Source: Escherichia coli (lineage in GTDB: Bacteria; Pseudomonadota; Gammaproteobacteria; Enterobacterales; Enterobacteriaceae). From it: 64,000 bases of DNA. Position 1 is the first letter of the stretch. Each line of letters starts with the position of its first letter. Below, in pieces: positions 29,407 to 45,095 of this stretch. The stretch lies in the NCBI RefSeq assembly GCF_001677475.2, contig NZ_CP015229.1. The stretch is one strand, 5' to 3'. The notes beneath the pieces are model-generated. The model was not told the origin of the DNA. It saw only the letters and a program-made list of their open reading frames with translations, and searched no databases. The position numbers were made by a program, and so were the translations under genes.

Positions 29407-30254
29407 GTGAACGTCTGAGCATTACCCCGCTGGGGCCGTATATTGGCGCACAAATTACGGGTGCCGACCTGACGCGCCCGTTAAGTGATAACCAGTTTGA
29501 ACAGCTTTACCATGCGGTACTGCGTCATCAGGTGGTGTTTCTGCGTGAACAGGCCATTACGCCGCAGCAGCAACGCGCGCTGGCCCAACGTTTTGGCGAA
29601 CTGCATATTCACCCTGTTTACCCTCATGCCGAAGGAGTTGACGAGATCATCGTGCTGGATACTCATAACGATAATCCGCCGGATAACGACAACTGGCATA
29701 CCGATGTGACATTTATTGAAACGCCACCCGCAGGGGCGATTCTGGCGGCAAAAGAGTTACCCTCGACCGGCGGCGATACGCTCTGGACCAGCGGTATTGC
29801 GGCCTATGAGGCGCTCTCTGTTCCCTTCCGCCAGCTGCTGAGCGGGTTGCGTGCGGAGCATGATTTCCGTAAATCGTTCCCGGAATACAAATACCGCAAA
29901 ACCGAGGAGGAGCATCAACGCTGGCGCGAGGCGGTCGCGAAAAATCCGCCGTTGCTACATCCGGTGGTGCGAACGCATCCGGTGAGCGGTAAACAGGCGC
30001 TGTTTGTGAATGAAGGCTTTACCACGCGAATTGTTGATGTCAGCGAGAAAGAGAGCGAAGCCTTGCTGGGCTTTTTATTTGCCCACATCACCAAACCGGA
30101 GTTTCAGGTGCGCTGGCGCTGGCAACCAAATGATATTGCGATTTGGGATAACCGCGTAACCCAGCACTATGCCAATGCGGATTACCTGCCACAGCGGCGG
30201 ATAATGCATCGGGCGACGATCCTTGGGGATAAACCGTTTTATCGGGCGGGGTAA
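29403..30254 (+). CDS. tauD: taurine dioxygenase (Fe(II)/alpha-ketoglutarate dependent)
   Basis: 283-aa ORF (HTDVTF iron-binding motif), 4-bp overlap with tauC. Confidence 0.95.
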   Translation: MSERLSITPLGPYIGAQITGADLTRPLSDNQFEQLYHAVLRHQVVFLREQAITPQQQRALAQRFGELHIHPVYPHAEGVDEIIVLDTHNDNPPDNDNWHTDVTFIETPPAGAILAAKELPSTGGDTLWTSGIAAYEALSVPFRQLLSGLRAEHDFRKSFPEYKYRKTEEEHQRWREAVAKNPPLLHPVVRTHPVSGKQALFVNEGFTTRIVDVSEKESEALLGFLFAHITKPEFQVRWRWQPNDIAIWDNRVTQHYANADYLPQRRIMHRATILGDKPFYRAG

Positions 30255-30261
30255 GGGGGAA

Positions 30262-30285
30262 ATGCCGGGTTGGATAACCCGGCAT
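30262..30285. terminator. bidirectional hairpin between convergent tauD and hemB (10-bp perfect stem atgccgggtt / aacccggcat, 4-nt loop)
   Basis: Perfect palindrome read directly in the 39-bp gap between the two stop codons. Confidence 0.6.
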
Positions 30286-30293
30286 AATGAACA

Positions 30294-31268
30294 TTAACGC
30301 AGAATCTTCTTCTCAGCCAAATCCAGCGCAAAGTAGCTGAAAATCAGATCCGCACCCGCACGCTTAATCGAACCTAAGCTTTCGAGCACGACTTTCTCTT
30401 CATCTATAGCACCCGCCAGCGCGGCGAACTTAATCATCGCGTACTCACCGCTCACCTGATACGCGCCAATCGGCAATTCAGTACGTTCACGCAGCTCACG
30501 CACGATGTCGAGGTACGCTCCAGCAGGTTTAACCATCAGGCAGTCTGCGCCCTGGGCTTCATCCAGCAGTGACTCACGAATCGCCTCACGACGGTTCATT
30601 GGGTTCATCTGATAGCTTTTGCGGTCGCCTTTTAATGCGCTTCCGGCAGCTTCACGGAACGGGCCATAAAAGGAGGAGGCGAACTTGGTCGAATACGACA
30701 TAATCGCCGTATCTTTAAAGCCCGTAGCGTCCAGCGCCTGGCGAATTGCCTGTACCTGGCCGTCCATCGCGGCGGAAGGGGCGATGAAGTCTGCGCCTGC
30801 AGCAGCTGCAACCACGGCTTGCTTGCCTAAATTTTCCAGAGTCGCGTCGTTGTCGACGCCATGCTCGCACAGCACACCGCAGTGACCGTGAGAAGTGTAT
30901 TCACAGAAACAAGTGTCTGACATGACGATCATTTCTGGCACAGTCTGCTTGCAGATGCGCGACATACGCGCCACCAGTCCATCTTCCCGCCAGGCGTCGC
31001 TGCCGGTTTCATCGGTATGGTGAGAGATGCCGAAAGTCATCACCGAACGAATACCGGCGTTGGCGATGCGTTCAATTTCGCGTGCCAGATGTTTCTCTGG
31101 AATGCGCATCACGCCTGGCATGGCTTCAACGGCTTTATAGTCGTCAATTTCTTCTTCAACAAAGATCGGCAACACCAGGTCGTTAAGGCTAAGTGTTGTC
31201 TCTTCAAACATAGCGCGCAGCGCAGGAGATTTGCGCAGGCGACGAGGGCGTTGGATTAAGTCTGTCAT
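30294..31268 (-). CDS. hemB: porphobilinogen synthase (delta-aminolevulinate dehydratase)
   Basis: Start chosen at [13 protein letters not shown] giving 324 aa. Confidence 0.95.
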   Translation of the reverse strand: MTDLIQRPRRLRKSPALRAMFEETTLSLNDLVLPIFVEEEIDDYKAVEAMPGVMRIPEKHLAREIERIANAGIRSVMTFGISHHTDETGSDAWREDGLVARMSRICKQTVPEMIVMSDTCFCEYTSHGHCGVLCEHGVDNDATLENLGKQAVVAAAAGADFIAPSAAMDGQVQAIRQALDATGFKDTAIMSYSTKFASSFYGPFREAAGSALKGDRKSYQMNPMNRREAIRESLLDEAQGADCLMVKPAGAYLDIVRELRERTELPIGAYQVSGEYAMIKFAALAGAIDEEKVVLESLGSIKRAGADLIFSYFALDLAEKKILR

Positions 31269-31793
31269 GGTCTGCCTGATGTTTGTGGAATCGAGGGGCA
31301 TAGTATACCTGAAGCAGGCTGGGTGTGTTTTACGAAAGTTGTCGCGATGTTGACAAGAAGAGAATGAAAGACCGGCCTGGACATGTTTTTAATATAAATA
31401 GCAATATTTTTATATTCACTGAAAATATTTTTAATCTTTATTTATAGCTATTGGTTATTATTTTTTTTGGAGTTTGGTTGCGTTGCTATAAATTGAATAA
31501 TTAAAACTTTGTTGCATATTGATAGGATATTTATCTGGTTTGTGTCTGTGATATTTATGATGCGTATGTTTCAAAAATAACATCATCTGCAACATATTGA
31601 AATGTGGTGTTTTTATCAATTTGATGCGTGTTTTTCTCCATAAATTATATATGTCCACATTCGGACTTAGGGGAAAGAATAATTGAACCATTCGTCTGTA
31701 ACGCAGCATAATCGTTAGCGCGAAACATAATATGTTTTCTATGCATTGATAATTGATGGATCAACTTATTACGTCCCTGAGGAGGGATGACAA

Positions 31794-34693
<2,900 letters not shown>

Positions 34694-34704
34694 GCGAAGA
34701 AATA

Positions 34705-35391
<687 letters not shown>

Positions 35392-36549
35392 TCAGGATGC
35401 GGGGATAACCAACGGTTTATTCCCGCTTAGCTCGGTCACCAGGTCATTGATGCCATCGCTCATATTTTTAAAGCGAGTCAACGGCGAGCGAGTGACGACC
35501 ACAAAAGCACCAATATTTTTTTGCGGGATCATCGCCATATAGGTAATGAATCCGCCGCCGCCACCAGTTTTCTGAATAATTCCCGGACGCCCATCTTTCG
35601 GCTCCATATATACCCAGCCTAAACCGAGCGCATCCGCTCTGCCAGGTACATCCATGCCGATCACTTTCGTAAACTGCGCGCGTTGATAAATCAGCGTCTG
35701 CATACGATCCGCCTGGTTACTGCGCTGATAAAAATCAGACGACAAATACTGCTGCATCCAGCGCATCATATCGCCAGGCGTGGAATAGACTCCGCCGCTG
35801 CCAATTGCCGCCAGCGTGTTATTGCACGGACTGGCACCACGCTCAGCAACCATTAAACGGCGGCACTGATCCGGCGAGGGGGTGTAGGTGGTGTCTTTCA
35901 TCCCCAATGGACGAGTAATCTGCTCTTCAAACAGCTGGGTATAAGGCTTGCCGGACGCATTCGCCAGTGCATCTGCCAGCAGGTCGAACGCAAGGTTAGA
36001 GTACGCCGCCTGACTGCCTGGCGCGGCTTTCAGCTTCGCCGTAGAAAGGTATTTCCAGCGTTGTTCGCGTGTCGGCCAGACAAACACCGGACGATTTGCT
36101 GCACCGCCAGGCTGTTCACGCGGCAGGGCGCTGGTATGGGTTGCCAGATTCACCAGCGTAATGGGCTTTCCATTGTAGGTCGGCACGCGTGTGCCTGGTG
36201 GAGCATATTTACTTAACGGGTCGTTTAACTTCACCGTGCCTTGATCGAGCAGCTTAACCAGCATTTCACTGGTCATCAGTTTAGTGAGGGACGCAATTCG
36301 GACTACAGAGTCTAATTGTGGGCGAACGTTATTACCGGGACGCGTTTCCCCATAACTGCGAAAGACGCGCTGATTACCGTCAATAACGACCAGTGCCATC
36401 CCCGTGGCACCGCTGCCGTAAAAAATATGATCGGCATAGCGATCGACAATATCAGAGGCGAACTCCGGTTCGGTGATCGGCTGTGCCGCATGGACGGAGG
36501 TCAATGACGCCGCACACAGCACGGCAGAAAAAAGCAGACTACGTTTCAA
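35392..36549 (-). CDS. ampH: class C penicillin-binding protein / D-alanyl-D-alanine carboxypeptidase-endopeptidase
   Basis: 385-aa ORF with signal peptide and SxxK active-site motif (SLTK), beta-lactamase fold family. Confidence 0.94.
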   Translation of the reverse strand: MKRSLLFSAVLCAASLTSVHAAQPITEPEFASDIVDRYADHIFYGSGATGMALVVIDGNQRVFRSYGETRPGNNVRPQLDSVVRIASLTKLMTSEMLVKLLDQGTVKLNDPLSKYAPPGTRVPTYNGKPITLVNLATHTSALPREQPGGAANRPVFVWPTREQRWKYLSTAKLKAAPGSQAAYSNLAFDLLADALANASGKPYTQLFEEQITRPLGMKDTTYTPSPDQCRRLMVAERGASPCNNTLAAIGSGGVYSTPGDMMRWMQQYLSSDFYQRSNQADRMQTLIYQRAQFTKVIGMDVPGRADALGLGWVYMEPKDGRPGIIQKTGGGGGFITYMAMIPQKNIGAFVVVTRSPLTRFKNMSDGINDLVTELSGNKPLVIPAS

Positions 36550-36900
36550 CGGTGGTGTCCATAGATTGAATGAAGGTAACTGAGCGTATTTATACTACTC
36601 ATTGATAGATTGCAAAGGGCGAATTAGTGCAATAATAGTGTTAAAAACGTAACGGCGCGTAAACACGATCTTTTTCCTGCTCACCAATGCCTGCATTTGT
36701 GATCCTGCGCGTGTTAATCCGCTTATGTAAACAATCTTTGGTTTGTGAAATCCGTCGAAACAATTCTTATGGTCAGGCTGGCGAACTAAGCGCCTTGCTA
36801 TGGGTCACAATGGGCGGTTTCATTTGGCTGACGCTTTGTAGCGGTCATGCGGTTAATACACAGCAGTTGTTAAAACGATAAGAAGTTAGCAGGAGTGCAT

Positions 36901-38121
36901 ATGTTTAAGTCTTTTTTCCCAAAGCCGGGAACGTTTTTTCTCTCGGCCTTTGTTTGGGCATTGATTGCCGTTATCTTCTGGCAAGCCGGTGGGGGGGACT
37001 GGGTGGCGCGTATCACCGGCGCTTCCGGGCAGATCCCGATTAGCGCCGCGCGTTTCTGGTCGTTGGATTTCCTGATTTTTTACGCTTACTACATTGTTTG
37101 CGTAGGACTTTTTGCATTGTTCTGGTTTATCTACAGCCCGCATCGTTGGCAATACTGGTCAATACTCGGTACTGCGCTGATTATCTTCGTCACTTGGTTT
37201 TTGGTGGAAGTCGGGGTTGCCGTCAACGCCTGGTATGCGCCGTTCTATGATCTGATTCAAACCGCGCTAAGTTCGCCGCATAAAGTCACCATCGAACAAT
37301 TTTACCGCGAAGTGGGCGTCTTTCTGGGGATTGCGCTGATCGCGGTGGTGATCAGTGTGCTGAACAACTTCTTTGTCAGTCACTACGTGTTCCGCTGGCG
37401 TACGGCGATGAACGAATATTACATGGCGAACTGGCAACAACTGCGTCATATCGAAGGTGCCGCACAGCGTGTGCAGGAAGACACTATGCGTTTTGCTTCA
37501 ACGCTGGAGAATATGGGCGTCAGTTTTATCAACGCCATCATGACGTTGATCGCCTTCCTGCCGGTGCTGGTCACGCTCTCCGCGCATGTGCCGGAGCTGC
37601 CGATTGTTGGGCACATTCCGTATGGTCTGGTGATTGCCGCTATCGTCTGGTCGATGATGGGGACCGGGTTACTGGCAGTGGTAGGGATCAAACTGCCGGG
37701 GCTGGAGTTTAAAAACCAGCGTGTAGAGGCTGCCTATCGTAAAGAGCTGGTTTATGGTGAAGACGATGCCACGCGCGCGACGCCGCCTACGGTACGTGAG
37801 TTGTTCAGCGCCGTACGGAAAAACTATTTCCGCCTCTATTTTCACTATATGTATTTCAACATCGCCCGCATTCTCTATTTGCAGGTCGATAACGTTTTCG
37901 GTTTGTTCTTGCTGTTTCCGTCAATTGTTGCCGGTACGATTACGCTCGGCCTGATGACGCAAATTACCAACGTTTTCGGTCAGGTTCGTGGTGCTTTCCA
38001 GTACCTGATTAACTCATGGACCACACTGGTTGAGTTGATGTCTATCTACAAACGTCTGCGCAGCTTTGAACATGAGCTGGATGGTGACAAAATTCAGGAA
38101 GTAACCCATACCTTGAGCTAA
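36901..38121 (+). CDS. sbmA: inner-membrane peptide antibiotic/microcin transporter
   Basis: Start chosen at [17 protein letters not shown] giving 406 aa. Confidence 0.95.
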   Translation: MFKSFFPKPGTFFLSAFVWALIAVIFWQAGGGDWVARITGASGQIPISAARFWSLDFLIFYAYYIVCVGLFALFWFIYSPHRWQYWSILGTALIIFVTWFLVEVGVAVNAWYAPFYDLIQTALSSPHKVTIEQFYREVGVFLGIALIAVVISVLNNFFVSHYVFRWRTAMNEYYMANWQQLRHIEGAAQRVQEDTMRFASTLENMGVSFINAIMTLIAFLPVLVTLSAHVPELPIVGHIPYGLVIAAIVWSMMGTGLLAVVGIKLPGLEFKNQRVEAAYRKELVYGEDDATRATPPTVRELFSAVRKNYFRLYFHYMYFNIARILYLQVDNVFGLFLLFPSIVAGTITLGLMTQITNVFGQVRGAFQYLINSWTTLVELMSIYKRLRSFEHELDGDKIQEVTHTLS

Positions 38122-38133
38122 AAAGGAGAAGTA

Positions 38134-39228
38134 ATGTCGCGCGTCAATCATCTATCTTCGCTGTCATTGTTGGCGGTTCTGGTTTTAGCGGGGTGTAGTA
38201 GTCAGGCTCCGCAACCGTTGAAAAAGGGCGAAAAAGCGATAGATGTGGCGAGCGTCGTGCGGCAGAAGATGCCTGCGAGCGTGAAAGACCGCGATGCCTG
38301 GGCGAAAGATCTCGCCACCACGTTTGAAAGTCAGGGGCTGGCACCGACGCTGGAAAACGTCTGCTCGGTGCTGGCGGTGGCGCAGCAGGAGTCAAATTAT
38401 CAGGCAGATCCGGCCGTTCCGGGCTTAAGCAAGATCGCCTGGCAAGAGATTGACCGTCGTGCTGAACGGATGCACATTCCTGCTTTTCTGGTGCATACCG
38501 CGCTAAAAATCAAATCGCCAAACGGCAAAAGTTATAGCGAACGGTTAGATTCGGTGCGTACTGAAAAGCAATTGAGCGCGATTTTTGACGATCTGATCAG
38601 CATGGTGCCAATGGGGCAGACGCTGTTTGGTTCGCTTAATCCGGTGCGCACCGGTGGGCCGATGCAGGTCAGCATTGCTTTTGCCGAACAGCATACCAAA
38701 GGGTATCCGTGGAAAATGGACGGTACAGTCCGTCAGGAAGTCTTCAGTCGTCGCGGCGGGTTGTGGTTTGGTACTTACCATTTACTGAATTATCCCGCCA
38801 GCTATAGCGCGCCGATATACCGTTTTGCTGATTTTAACGCTGGCTGGTACGCCAGCCGTAATGCCGCGTTTCAGAACGCGGTCAGTAAGGCCAGCGGCGT
38901 GAAGCTGGCACTGGACGGTGATTTAATTCGTTACGACAGTAAAGAGCCCGGGAAAACCGAACTGGCAACGCGCAAACTGGCGGGAAAACTGGGGATGAGC
39001 GACAGTGAAATTCGCCGCCAGTTAGAGAAAGGGGACAGCTTCTCTTTTGAGGAGACGGCGCTGTACAAGAAAGTTTATCAACTTGCCGAAGCGAAAACGG
39101 GTAAATCACTACCCCGCGAAATGTTGCCTGGCATTCAACTGGAAAGCCCGAAAATCACCCGCAACCTGACTACGGCCTGGTTTGCGAAGCGCGTAGACGA
39201 ACGGCGGGCGCGTTGTATGAAACAGTGA
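38134..39228 (+). CDS. yaiW: surface-exposed outer-membrane lipoprotein
   Basis: 364-aa ORF with lipobox (LVLAGCSSQ); 12 bp after sbmA, so likely co-transcribed. Confidence 0.92.
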   Translation: MSRVNHLSSLSLLAVLVLAGCSSQAPQPLKKGEKAIDVASVVRQKMPASVKDRDAWAKDLATTFESQGLAPTLENVCSVLAVAQQESNYQADPAVPGLSKIAWQEIDRRAERMHIPAFLVHTALKIKSPNGKSYSERLDSVRTEKQLSAIFDDLISMVPMGQTLFGSLNPVRTGGPMQVSIAFAEQHTKGYPWKMDGTVRQEVFSRRGGLWFGTYHLLNYPASYSAPIYRFADFNAGWYASRNAAFQNAVSKASGVKLALDGDLIRYDSKEPGKTELATRKLAGKLGMSDSEIRRQLEKGDSFSFEETALYKKVYQLAEAKTGKSLPREMLPGIQLESPKITRNLTTAWFAKRVDERRARCMKQ

Positions 39229-39286
39229 TCAAACAGGAATGTCAGGCCAGATAAGGCGTTTCAGGCCGCATCTGGCAACGTTAATC

Positions 39287-39595
39287 TTACTGGTGGCGAT
39301 GTCGCCAGCGCAGCCATAGCGCCACCACTGCAAAAATGAGGCAGCCTACTAAAAACGGGATCAGCCCGAAAATGGTGCCGACACCTAAACCAATTTCCAC
39401 CCGTGGGCGACCTGTTTCCTGGACCTGCATTAAACGCTCATAGACGCCGGGCGCATGCACTAACAGGTTCAGCAATTGCGCCCCAGCCCAAAAGCAAAAC
39501 AGCACAAACAACGCATAGGCAATGTTGCCTGGCGTTGAAGAGGCATTGCGATATTTTCCGCTAAACAGCGATTTTGACAGGGTGAAATCAGCCAT
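39287..39595 (-). CDS. yaiY: DUF2755 inner-membrane protein
   Basis: 102-aa ORF with two hydrophobic segments. Confidence 0.85.
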   Translation of the reverse strand: MADFTLSKSLFSGKYRNASSTPGNIAYALFVLFCFWAGAQLLNLLVHAPGVYERLMQVQETGRPRVEIGLGVGTIFGLIPFLVGCLIFAVVALWLRWRHRHQ

Positions 39596-39854
39596 AAAAA
39601 CCTCCGGAAGTCATCTGCTTCTCTTCTGGTGTGATACCAGCGGCTTATGGCAAGTCTGACAGGTCATTTAGATTGTCAATATCAGAATCATGGTAAATTG
39701 ATGTTGGGAATATTCCCGAAGCGTGAATCTTCGTTGTGAGTCACAAAATGGCAACCTTAAGTTAAATTTATTAACAATTACGAAAATGTTGTCTACACCA
39801 CAGACGGTTGTTACAGAATATGCAAGGATGTTGTTTTTCGTTAACGGAGCTGCC

Positions 39855-40067
39855 ATGAATCTGCCTGTAAAAATCCGTCGTGACTGGCACTACTATGCGT
39901 TCGCCATTGGCCTTATATTCATTCTTAATGGCGTGGTGGGTTTACTGGGATTTGAAGCAAAAGGTTGGCAGACCTATGCCGTCGGTCTGGTGACGTGGGT
40001 GATTAGTTTCTGGCTGGCGGGGCTGATTATTCGTCGTCGCGATGAAGAAACTGAAAACGCCCAATAA
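39855..40067 (+). CDS. yaiZ: DUF2754 small membrane protein
   Basis: Start chosen at MNLPVKIRRDWHYYAF giving 70 aa; two TM segments. Confidence 0.8.
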   Translation: MNLPVKIRRDWHYYAFAIGLIFILNGVVGLLGFEAKGWQTYAVGLVTWVISFWLAGLIIRRRDEETENAQ

Positions 40068-40090
40068 GAATATTATCGGGCGTTAAAATA

Positions 40091-41185
40091 TTACATTGTG
40101 GTTTTCAATGCGTTATCCGCAGCGTGACGCTCCAGCGCCAGCTCAATCAAACGTGTGATCAGATCGGTGTAACCCAAACCGCTGGCTTGCCACAGCTTCG
40201 GATACATACTGATGTTGGTGAAGCCAGGCAGGGTGTTGATCTCGTTGATCACCACTTCGTTCTCTGGGGTTAAAAACACGTCTACACGCGCCATGCCTGC
40301 GCATCCCAACGTCTGATAAGCCTGAACGGCAATCGCCCGGATCTTATCGTTGATTTCTGGCCCAATGGCTGCCGGAACTACCACTTTCGCGCCATCTTCG
40401 TCAATGTACTTGGTGTCGTAGGCATAGAAATCGCTGGTGAGTACGATCTCGCCACAGGTGCTGGCTTGCGGATTGTCGTTGCCCAGAACTGCGCATTCGA
40501 TCTCACGACCTTTGATCCCTTGCTCAACGATCACTTTATGATCGAACTCGAACGCCAGATCGACGGCAATTGCGTACTGTTCTTCACTGGTTACTTTGCT
40601 GACACCAACAGAAGAGCCCTGATTAGCCGGTTTTACAAACAGCGGTAACCCCAGTTTAGACTCCACTTCGGCAAAACTGATGTTGTGACGATTAGCGCGC
40701 GTCAGGGTAATAAATGGCGCAATGTTCAGCCCGGCATCGCGCAGCAGACGTTTGGTGACATCTTTATCCATACAGGCCGCTGAAGCCAGAACATCAGAAC
40801 CTACAAACGGTAAATTGGCGACCCGCAGCATTCCCTGCAAGGAACCATCTTCGCCCAGCGTACCGTGGACAATCGGGAAAATGACATCCACCGTCGGCAA
40901 CGGCTGACCGTTTTGCGCGTCGATAAGCTGATGTTCATGTTTACCAGGCACCTGCGCAAGGCTGGTCGCCGAAGGGCGCAACGCAATATGGGCAGGATCG
41001 TCTGCATTTAGCAGATAATTGCTGGCATCGCTGACGTGCCATTGCCCTTGTTTATCAATGCCCAGCAGCACAACGTCGAAGCGACTTTTATCAATGGCAT
41101 CGACAATGTTTTTTGCCGATTGCAGAGACACTTCATGTTCCGCTGATTTACCACCAAAAACGATTCCTACCCGCAGTTTTTCCAT
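40091..41185 (-). CDS. ddlA: D-alanine--D-alanine ligase A
   Basis: 364-aa [30 protein letters not shown]-terminus, ATP-grasp family. Confidence 0.96.
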   Translation of the reverse strand: MEKLRVGIVFGGKSAEHEVSLQSAKNIVDAIDKSRFDVVLLGIDKQGQWHVSDASNYLLNADDPAHIALRPSATSLAQVPGKHEHQLIDAQNGQPLPTVDVIFPIVHGTLGEDGSLQGMLRVANLPFVGSDVLASAACMDKDVTKRLLRDAGLNIAPFITLTRANRHNISFAEVESKLGLPLFVKPANQGSSVGVSKVTSEEQYAIAVDLAFEFDHKVIVEQGIKGREIECAVLGNDNPQASTCGEIVLTSDFYAYDTKYIDEDGAKVVVPAAIGPEINDKIRAIAVQAYQTLGCAGMARVDVFLTPENEVVINEINTLPGFTNISMYPKLWQASGLGYTDLITRLIELALERHAADNALKTTM

Positions 41186-41646
41186 CTTAAAAACCTATCC
41201 CGTCTAACACAAAGTGCATACATTACCACGACAAAACGGGGGATTCGCGGCCTTCTGACAGAATGTTGCAATCTTCTGCTGACAAAGCGTGCAACGTACT
41301 GGTGAAGAAAGTGCGTTATCTCAATGATGTGCGCAAGATCACAAAAATGATGAACGGGAAGCTAATTTATTCCTGGCTTGTATGGCCATGCAATGAGTTT
41401 TTTCTCTTAATTATAAGTTAACGAAGAGAATATATTTCATAACTTTTATTTATAATAAAGGTTGATAATTAAAAGCCTATATTTTGTGTGGGTAATTATT
41501 AAAATAAGAGAAACGTTTCGCTGGTAATCAAACAAAAAATATTTGCGCAAAGTATTTCCTTTGTCATAAAAATAATACTTCCAGACACTATGAAGTTGTG
41601 AAACATAATGTTAACTTCTCCATACTTTGGATAAGGAAATACAGAC

Positions 41647-41907
41647 ATGAAAAATCTCATTGCTGAGTTGTTATTTAAGCTTGCCCAAAAAGAAGAAGAG
41701 TCGAAAGAACTGTGCGCGCAGGTAGAAGCTTTGGAGATTATCGTCACTGCAATGCTTCGCAATATGGCGCAAAATGACCAACAAAGGTTGATTGATCAGG
41801 TAGAGGGGGCGCTGTACGAGGTAAAGCCCGATGCCAGCATTCCTGACGACGATACGGAGCTGCTGCGCAATTATGTAAAGAAGTTATTGAAGCATCCTCG
41901 TCAGTAA
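41647..41907 (+). CDS. iraP: anti-adaptor protein stabilising RpoS
   Basis: 86-aa [25 protein letters not shown]... Confidence 0.93.
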   Translation: MKNLIAELLFKLAQKEEESKELCAQVEALEIIVTAMLRNMAQNDQQRLIDQVEGALYEVKPDASIPDDDTELLRNYVKKLLKHPRQ

Positions 41908-41927
41908 AAAGTTAATCTTTTCAACAG

Positions 41928-41961
41928 CTGTCATAAAGCTGTCACGGCCGAGACTTATAGT
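41928..41961 (+). promoter_or_regulatory. phoA promoter: Pho box (41928..41945) and -10 tatagt (41956..41961)
   Basis: ctgtcataaagctgtcac direct-repeat Pho box replaces the -35, followed by tatagt. Confidence 0.85.
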
Positions 41962-42007
41962 CGCTTTGTTTTTATTTTTTAATGTATTTGTACATGGAGA
42001 AAATAAA

Positions 42008-43423
42008 GTGAAACAAAGCACTATTGCACTGGCACTCTTACCGTTACTGTTTACCCCTGTGACAAAAGCCCGGACACCAGAAATGCCTGTTCTGGAAAAC
42101 CGGGCTGCTCAGGGAGATATTACTGCACCCGGCGGTGCTCGCCGCTTAACGGGTGATCAGACCGCTGCTCTGCGTGATTCTCTTAGCGATAAACCTGCCA
42201 AAAATATTATTTTGCTGATTGGCGATGGGATGGGGGACTCGGAAATTACTGCTGCACGCAATTATGCCGAAGGTGCGGGCGGCTTTTTTAAAGGTATCGA
42301 TGCCTTACCGCTTACCGGACAATACACACACTATGCGCTGAATAAAAAAACCGGCAAACCGGACTACGTTACCGACTCGGCTGCATCAGCAACCGCCTGG
42401 TCAACTGGTGTCAAAACCTATAACGGTGCGCTGGGCGTCGATATTCACGAAAAAGATCACCCAACGATTCTGGAAATGGCAAAAGCCGCAGGTCTGGCGA
42501 CCGGTAACGTTTCTACCGCAGAGTTGCAGGATGCCACGCCCGCCGCGCTGGTGGCGCATGTGACCTCGCGCAAATGCTACGGTCCGAGCGCGACCAGTGA
42601 AAAATGTCCGGGTAACGCTCTGGAAAAAGGCGGAAAAGGATCGATTACCGAACAGCTGCTTAATGCTCGTGCCGATGTTACGCTTGGCGGCGGCGCAAAA
42701 ACCTTTGCTGAAACGGCAACCGCCGGTGAATGGCAGGGAAAAACGCTGCGTGAACAGGCACAGGCGCGTGGTTATCAGTTGGTGAACGATGCCGCCTCAC
42801 TGAATTCGGTGACGGAAGCGAATCAGCAAAAACCCCTGCTTGGCCTGTTTGCTGACGGCAATATGCCAGTGCGCTGGCAAGGACCGAAAGCAACGTACCA
42901 TGGCAATATCGATAAGCCCGCAGTCACCTGTACGCCTAATCCGCAACGTAATGACAGCGTACCGACCCTGGCGCAGATGACAGATAAAGCCATTGAATTG
43001 TTGAGTAAAAATGAGAAAGGCTTTTTCCTGCAAGTTGAAGGTGCATCAATCGATAAACAGGATCACGCTGCGAATCCTTGTGGGCAAATTGGCGAGACGG
43101 TCGATCTCGACGAAGCCGTACAACGGGCGCTGGAATTCGCTAAAAAGGATGGCAACACGCTGGTCATAGTCACCGCTGATCACGCCCACGCCAGCCAGAT
43201 TGTCGCGCCGGACACCAAAGCGCCGGGCCTCACCCAGGCGCTAAATACCAAAGATGGCGCAGTGATGGTGATGAGTTACGGGAACTCCGAAGAGGATTCA
43301 CAAGAACATACCGGCAGTCAGTTGCGTATTGCGGCGTATGGCCCACATGCCGCCAATGTCGTTGGACTGACCGACCAGACCGATCTCTTCTACACCATGA
43401 AAGCAGCCCTGGGGCTGAAATAA
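42008..43423 (+). CDS. phoA: alkaline phosphatase
   Basis: GTG-initiated [21 protein letters not shown] signal peptide, 471 aa; longest ORF begins at 41966. Confidence 0.96.
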   Translation: MKQSTIALALLPLLFTPVTKARTPEMPVLENRAAQGDITAPGGARRLTGDQTAALRDSLSDKPAKNIILLIGDGMGDSEITAARNYAEGAGGFFKGIDALPLTGQYTHYALNKKTGKPDYVTDSAASATAWSTGVKTYNGALGVDIHEKDHPTILEMAKAAGLATGNVSTAELQDATPAALVAHVTSRKCYGPSATSEKCPGNALEKGGKGSITEQLLNARADVTLGGGAKTFAETATAGEWQGKTLREQAQARGYQLVNDAASLNSVTEANQQKPLLGLFADGNMPVRWQGPKATYHGNIDKPAVTCTPNPQRNDSVPTLAQMTDKAIELLSKNEKGFFLQVEGASIDKQDHAANPCGQIGETVDLDEAVQRALEFAKKDGNTLVIVTADHAHASQIVAPDTKAPGLTQALNTKDGAVMVMSYGNSEEDSQEHTGSQLRIAAYGPHAANVVGLTDQTDLFYTMKAALGLK

Positions 43424-43430
43424 AACCGCG

Positions 43431-43467
43431 CCCGGCCGTGAATTTTCGCTGTCGGGTGGTTTTTTTG
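43431..43467 (+). terminator. phoA intrinsic terminator (imperfect GC stem followed by a 7-T run)
   Basis: cccggccgtgaattttcgctgtcggg then tggtttttttg. Confidence 0.6.
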
Positions 43468-43541
43468 CTGTTAGCAACCAGACTTAATGGCAGATCACGG
43501 GCGCAAACGCTCATGGTTAAAACATGAAGAGGGATGGTGCT

Positions 43542-43862
43542 ATGAAAATAACATTACTGGTTACCTTGCTTTTCGGACTGGTTTTTTTAACCACCGTCGG
43601 CGCTGCCGAGAGAACCTTAACCCCGCAACAACAGCGTATGACCTCCTGTAATCAGCAGGCGACGGCGCAGGCGTTGAAAGGGGATGCTCGTAAGACCTAC
43701 ATGAGTGATTGCCTGAAGAACAGCAAGTCTGCGCCTGGTGAAAAAAGTTTGACGCCACAGCAGCAAAAGATGCGCGAATGTAATAATCAAGCAACGCAAC
43801 AATCTCTGAAAGGTGATGATCGTAATAAGTTTATGAGCGCCTGCCTCAAGAAAGCCGCCTGA
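43542..43862 (+). CDS. psiF: phosphate-starvation-inducible periplasmic protein
   Basis: Start chosen at MKITLLVTLLFGLVFL giving 106 aa; internal tandem repeat of the motif TPQQQ[RK]M..CN.QAT.Q.LKGD.R...MS.CLK. Confidence 0.92.
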   Translation: MKITLLVTLLFGLVFLTTVGAAERTLTPQQQRMTSCNQQATAQALKGDARKTYMSDCLKNSKSAPGEKSLTPQQQKMRECNNQATQQSLKGDDRNKFMSACLKKAA

Positions 43863-43878
43863 TACCTGATAGTGCTAA

Positions 43879-43906
43879 CGGGTGAGCTACGAAAATGGCT
43901 CACCCG
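43879..43906 (+). terminator. hairpin after psiF (9-bp stem cgggtgagc / gctcacccg)
   Basis: Perfect 9-bp inverted repeat with a 10-nt loop, 17 bp after the psiF stop. Confidence 0.5.
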
Positions 43907-43963
43907 AAATTTCATACTTCTGCCTTTAGCCCCGTCTCTATAATTTGGGAAAATTGTTTCTGA

Positions 43964-45079
43964 ATGTTCCCAAAAATAATGAATGATGAAAACTTTTTCA
44001 AAAAAGCGGCGGCGCATGGGGAGGAACCTCCTTTAACTCCTCAAAACGAACATCAGCGATCCGGGCTGCGCTTCGCCCGTCGCGTCAGACTACCCCGCGC
44101 GGTTGGCCTGGCTGGCATGTTCTTACCGATTGCTTCAACACTGGTTTCGCACCCGCCGCCGGGCTGGTGGTGGCTGGTGTTGGTCGGCTGGGCGTTCGTC
44201 TGGCCGCATTTAGCCTGGCAGATAGCGAGCAGGGCCGTCGATCCGCTTAGCCGGGAAATTTACAACTTAAAAACCGATGCAGTATTAGCGGGAATGTGGG
44301 TAGGCGTAATGGGCGTAAACGTACTGCCTTCCACCGCGATGTTGATGATTATGTGTCTGAATTTGATGGGGGCTGGCGGCCCCCGTCTGTTTGTCGCGGG
44401 TCTGGTGTTGATGGTGGTTTCCTGCCTTGTCACCCTCGAGCTGACGGGCATTACCGTGTCGTTCAATAGTGCGCCGCTGGAATGGTGGCTCTCCCTTCCC
44501 ATTATTGTCATTTATCCTCTGCTGTTTGGCTGGGTCAGCTACCAGACGGCAACCAAACTGGCGGAACATAAACGCAGGTTGCAGGTCATGAGTACCCGCG
44601 ACGGTATGACGGGCGTGTATAACCGACGTCATTGGGAAACTATGTTACGCAATGAATTTGATAACTGTCGGCGGCATAATCGCGATGCGACATTACTGAT
44701 TATCGATATCGACCATTTCAAGAGCATCAACGATACCTGGGGCCATGATGTAGGCGATGAAGCGATTGTGGCGCTTACCCGACAGTTACAAATAACCCTG
44801 CGCGGTAGCGATGTGATTGGTCGGTTTGGCGGCGATGAGTTTGCGGTAATCATGTCCGGTACACCAGCTGAGAGCGCCATTACCGCCATGTTACGGGTGC
44901 ATGAAGGGCTAAACACGTTACGTTTGCCGAATACGCCACAGGTAACATTACGGATTAGTGTGGGGGTTGCGCCGCTGAACCCACAAATGAGTCACTATCG
45001 TGAGTGGTTGAAATCGGCAGATTTGGCGCTTTACAAAGCAAAGAAAGCCGGACGTAACCGCACCGAAGTGGCGGCCTGA
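43964..45079 (+). CDS. dgcC: diguanylate cyclase with N-terminal MASE2 membrane domain
   Basis: 371-aa ORF with membrane N-terminal half and GGDEF active site (RFGGDEFAV). Confidence 0.94.
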   Translation: MFPKIMNDENFFKKAAAHGEEPPLTPQNEHQRSGLRFARRVRLPRAVGLAGMFLPIASTLVSHPPPGWWWLVLVGWAFVWPHLAWQIASRAVDPLSREIYNLKTDAVLAGMWVGVMGVNVLPSTAMLMIMCLNLMGAGGPRLFVAGLVLMVVSCLVTLELTGITVSFNSAPLEWWLSLPIIVIYPLLFGWVSYQTATKLAEHKRRLQVMSTRDGMTGVYNRRHWETMLRNEFDNCRRHNRDATLLIIDIDHFKSINDTWGHDVGDEAIVALTRQLQITLRGSDVIGRFGGDEFAVIMSGTPAESAITAMLRVHEGLNTLRLPNTPQVTLRISVGVAPLNPQMSHYREWLKSADLALYKAKKAGRNRTEVAA

Positions 45080-45095
45080 CGTCCGGCAAAAGTCA

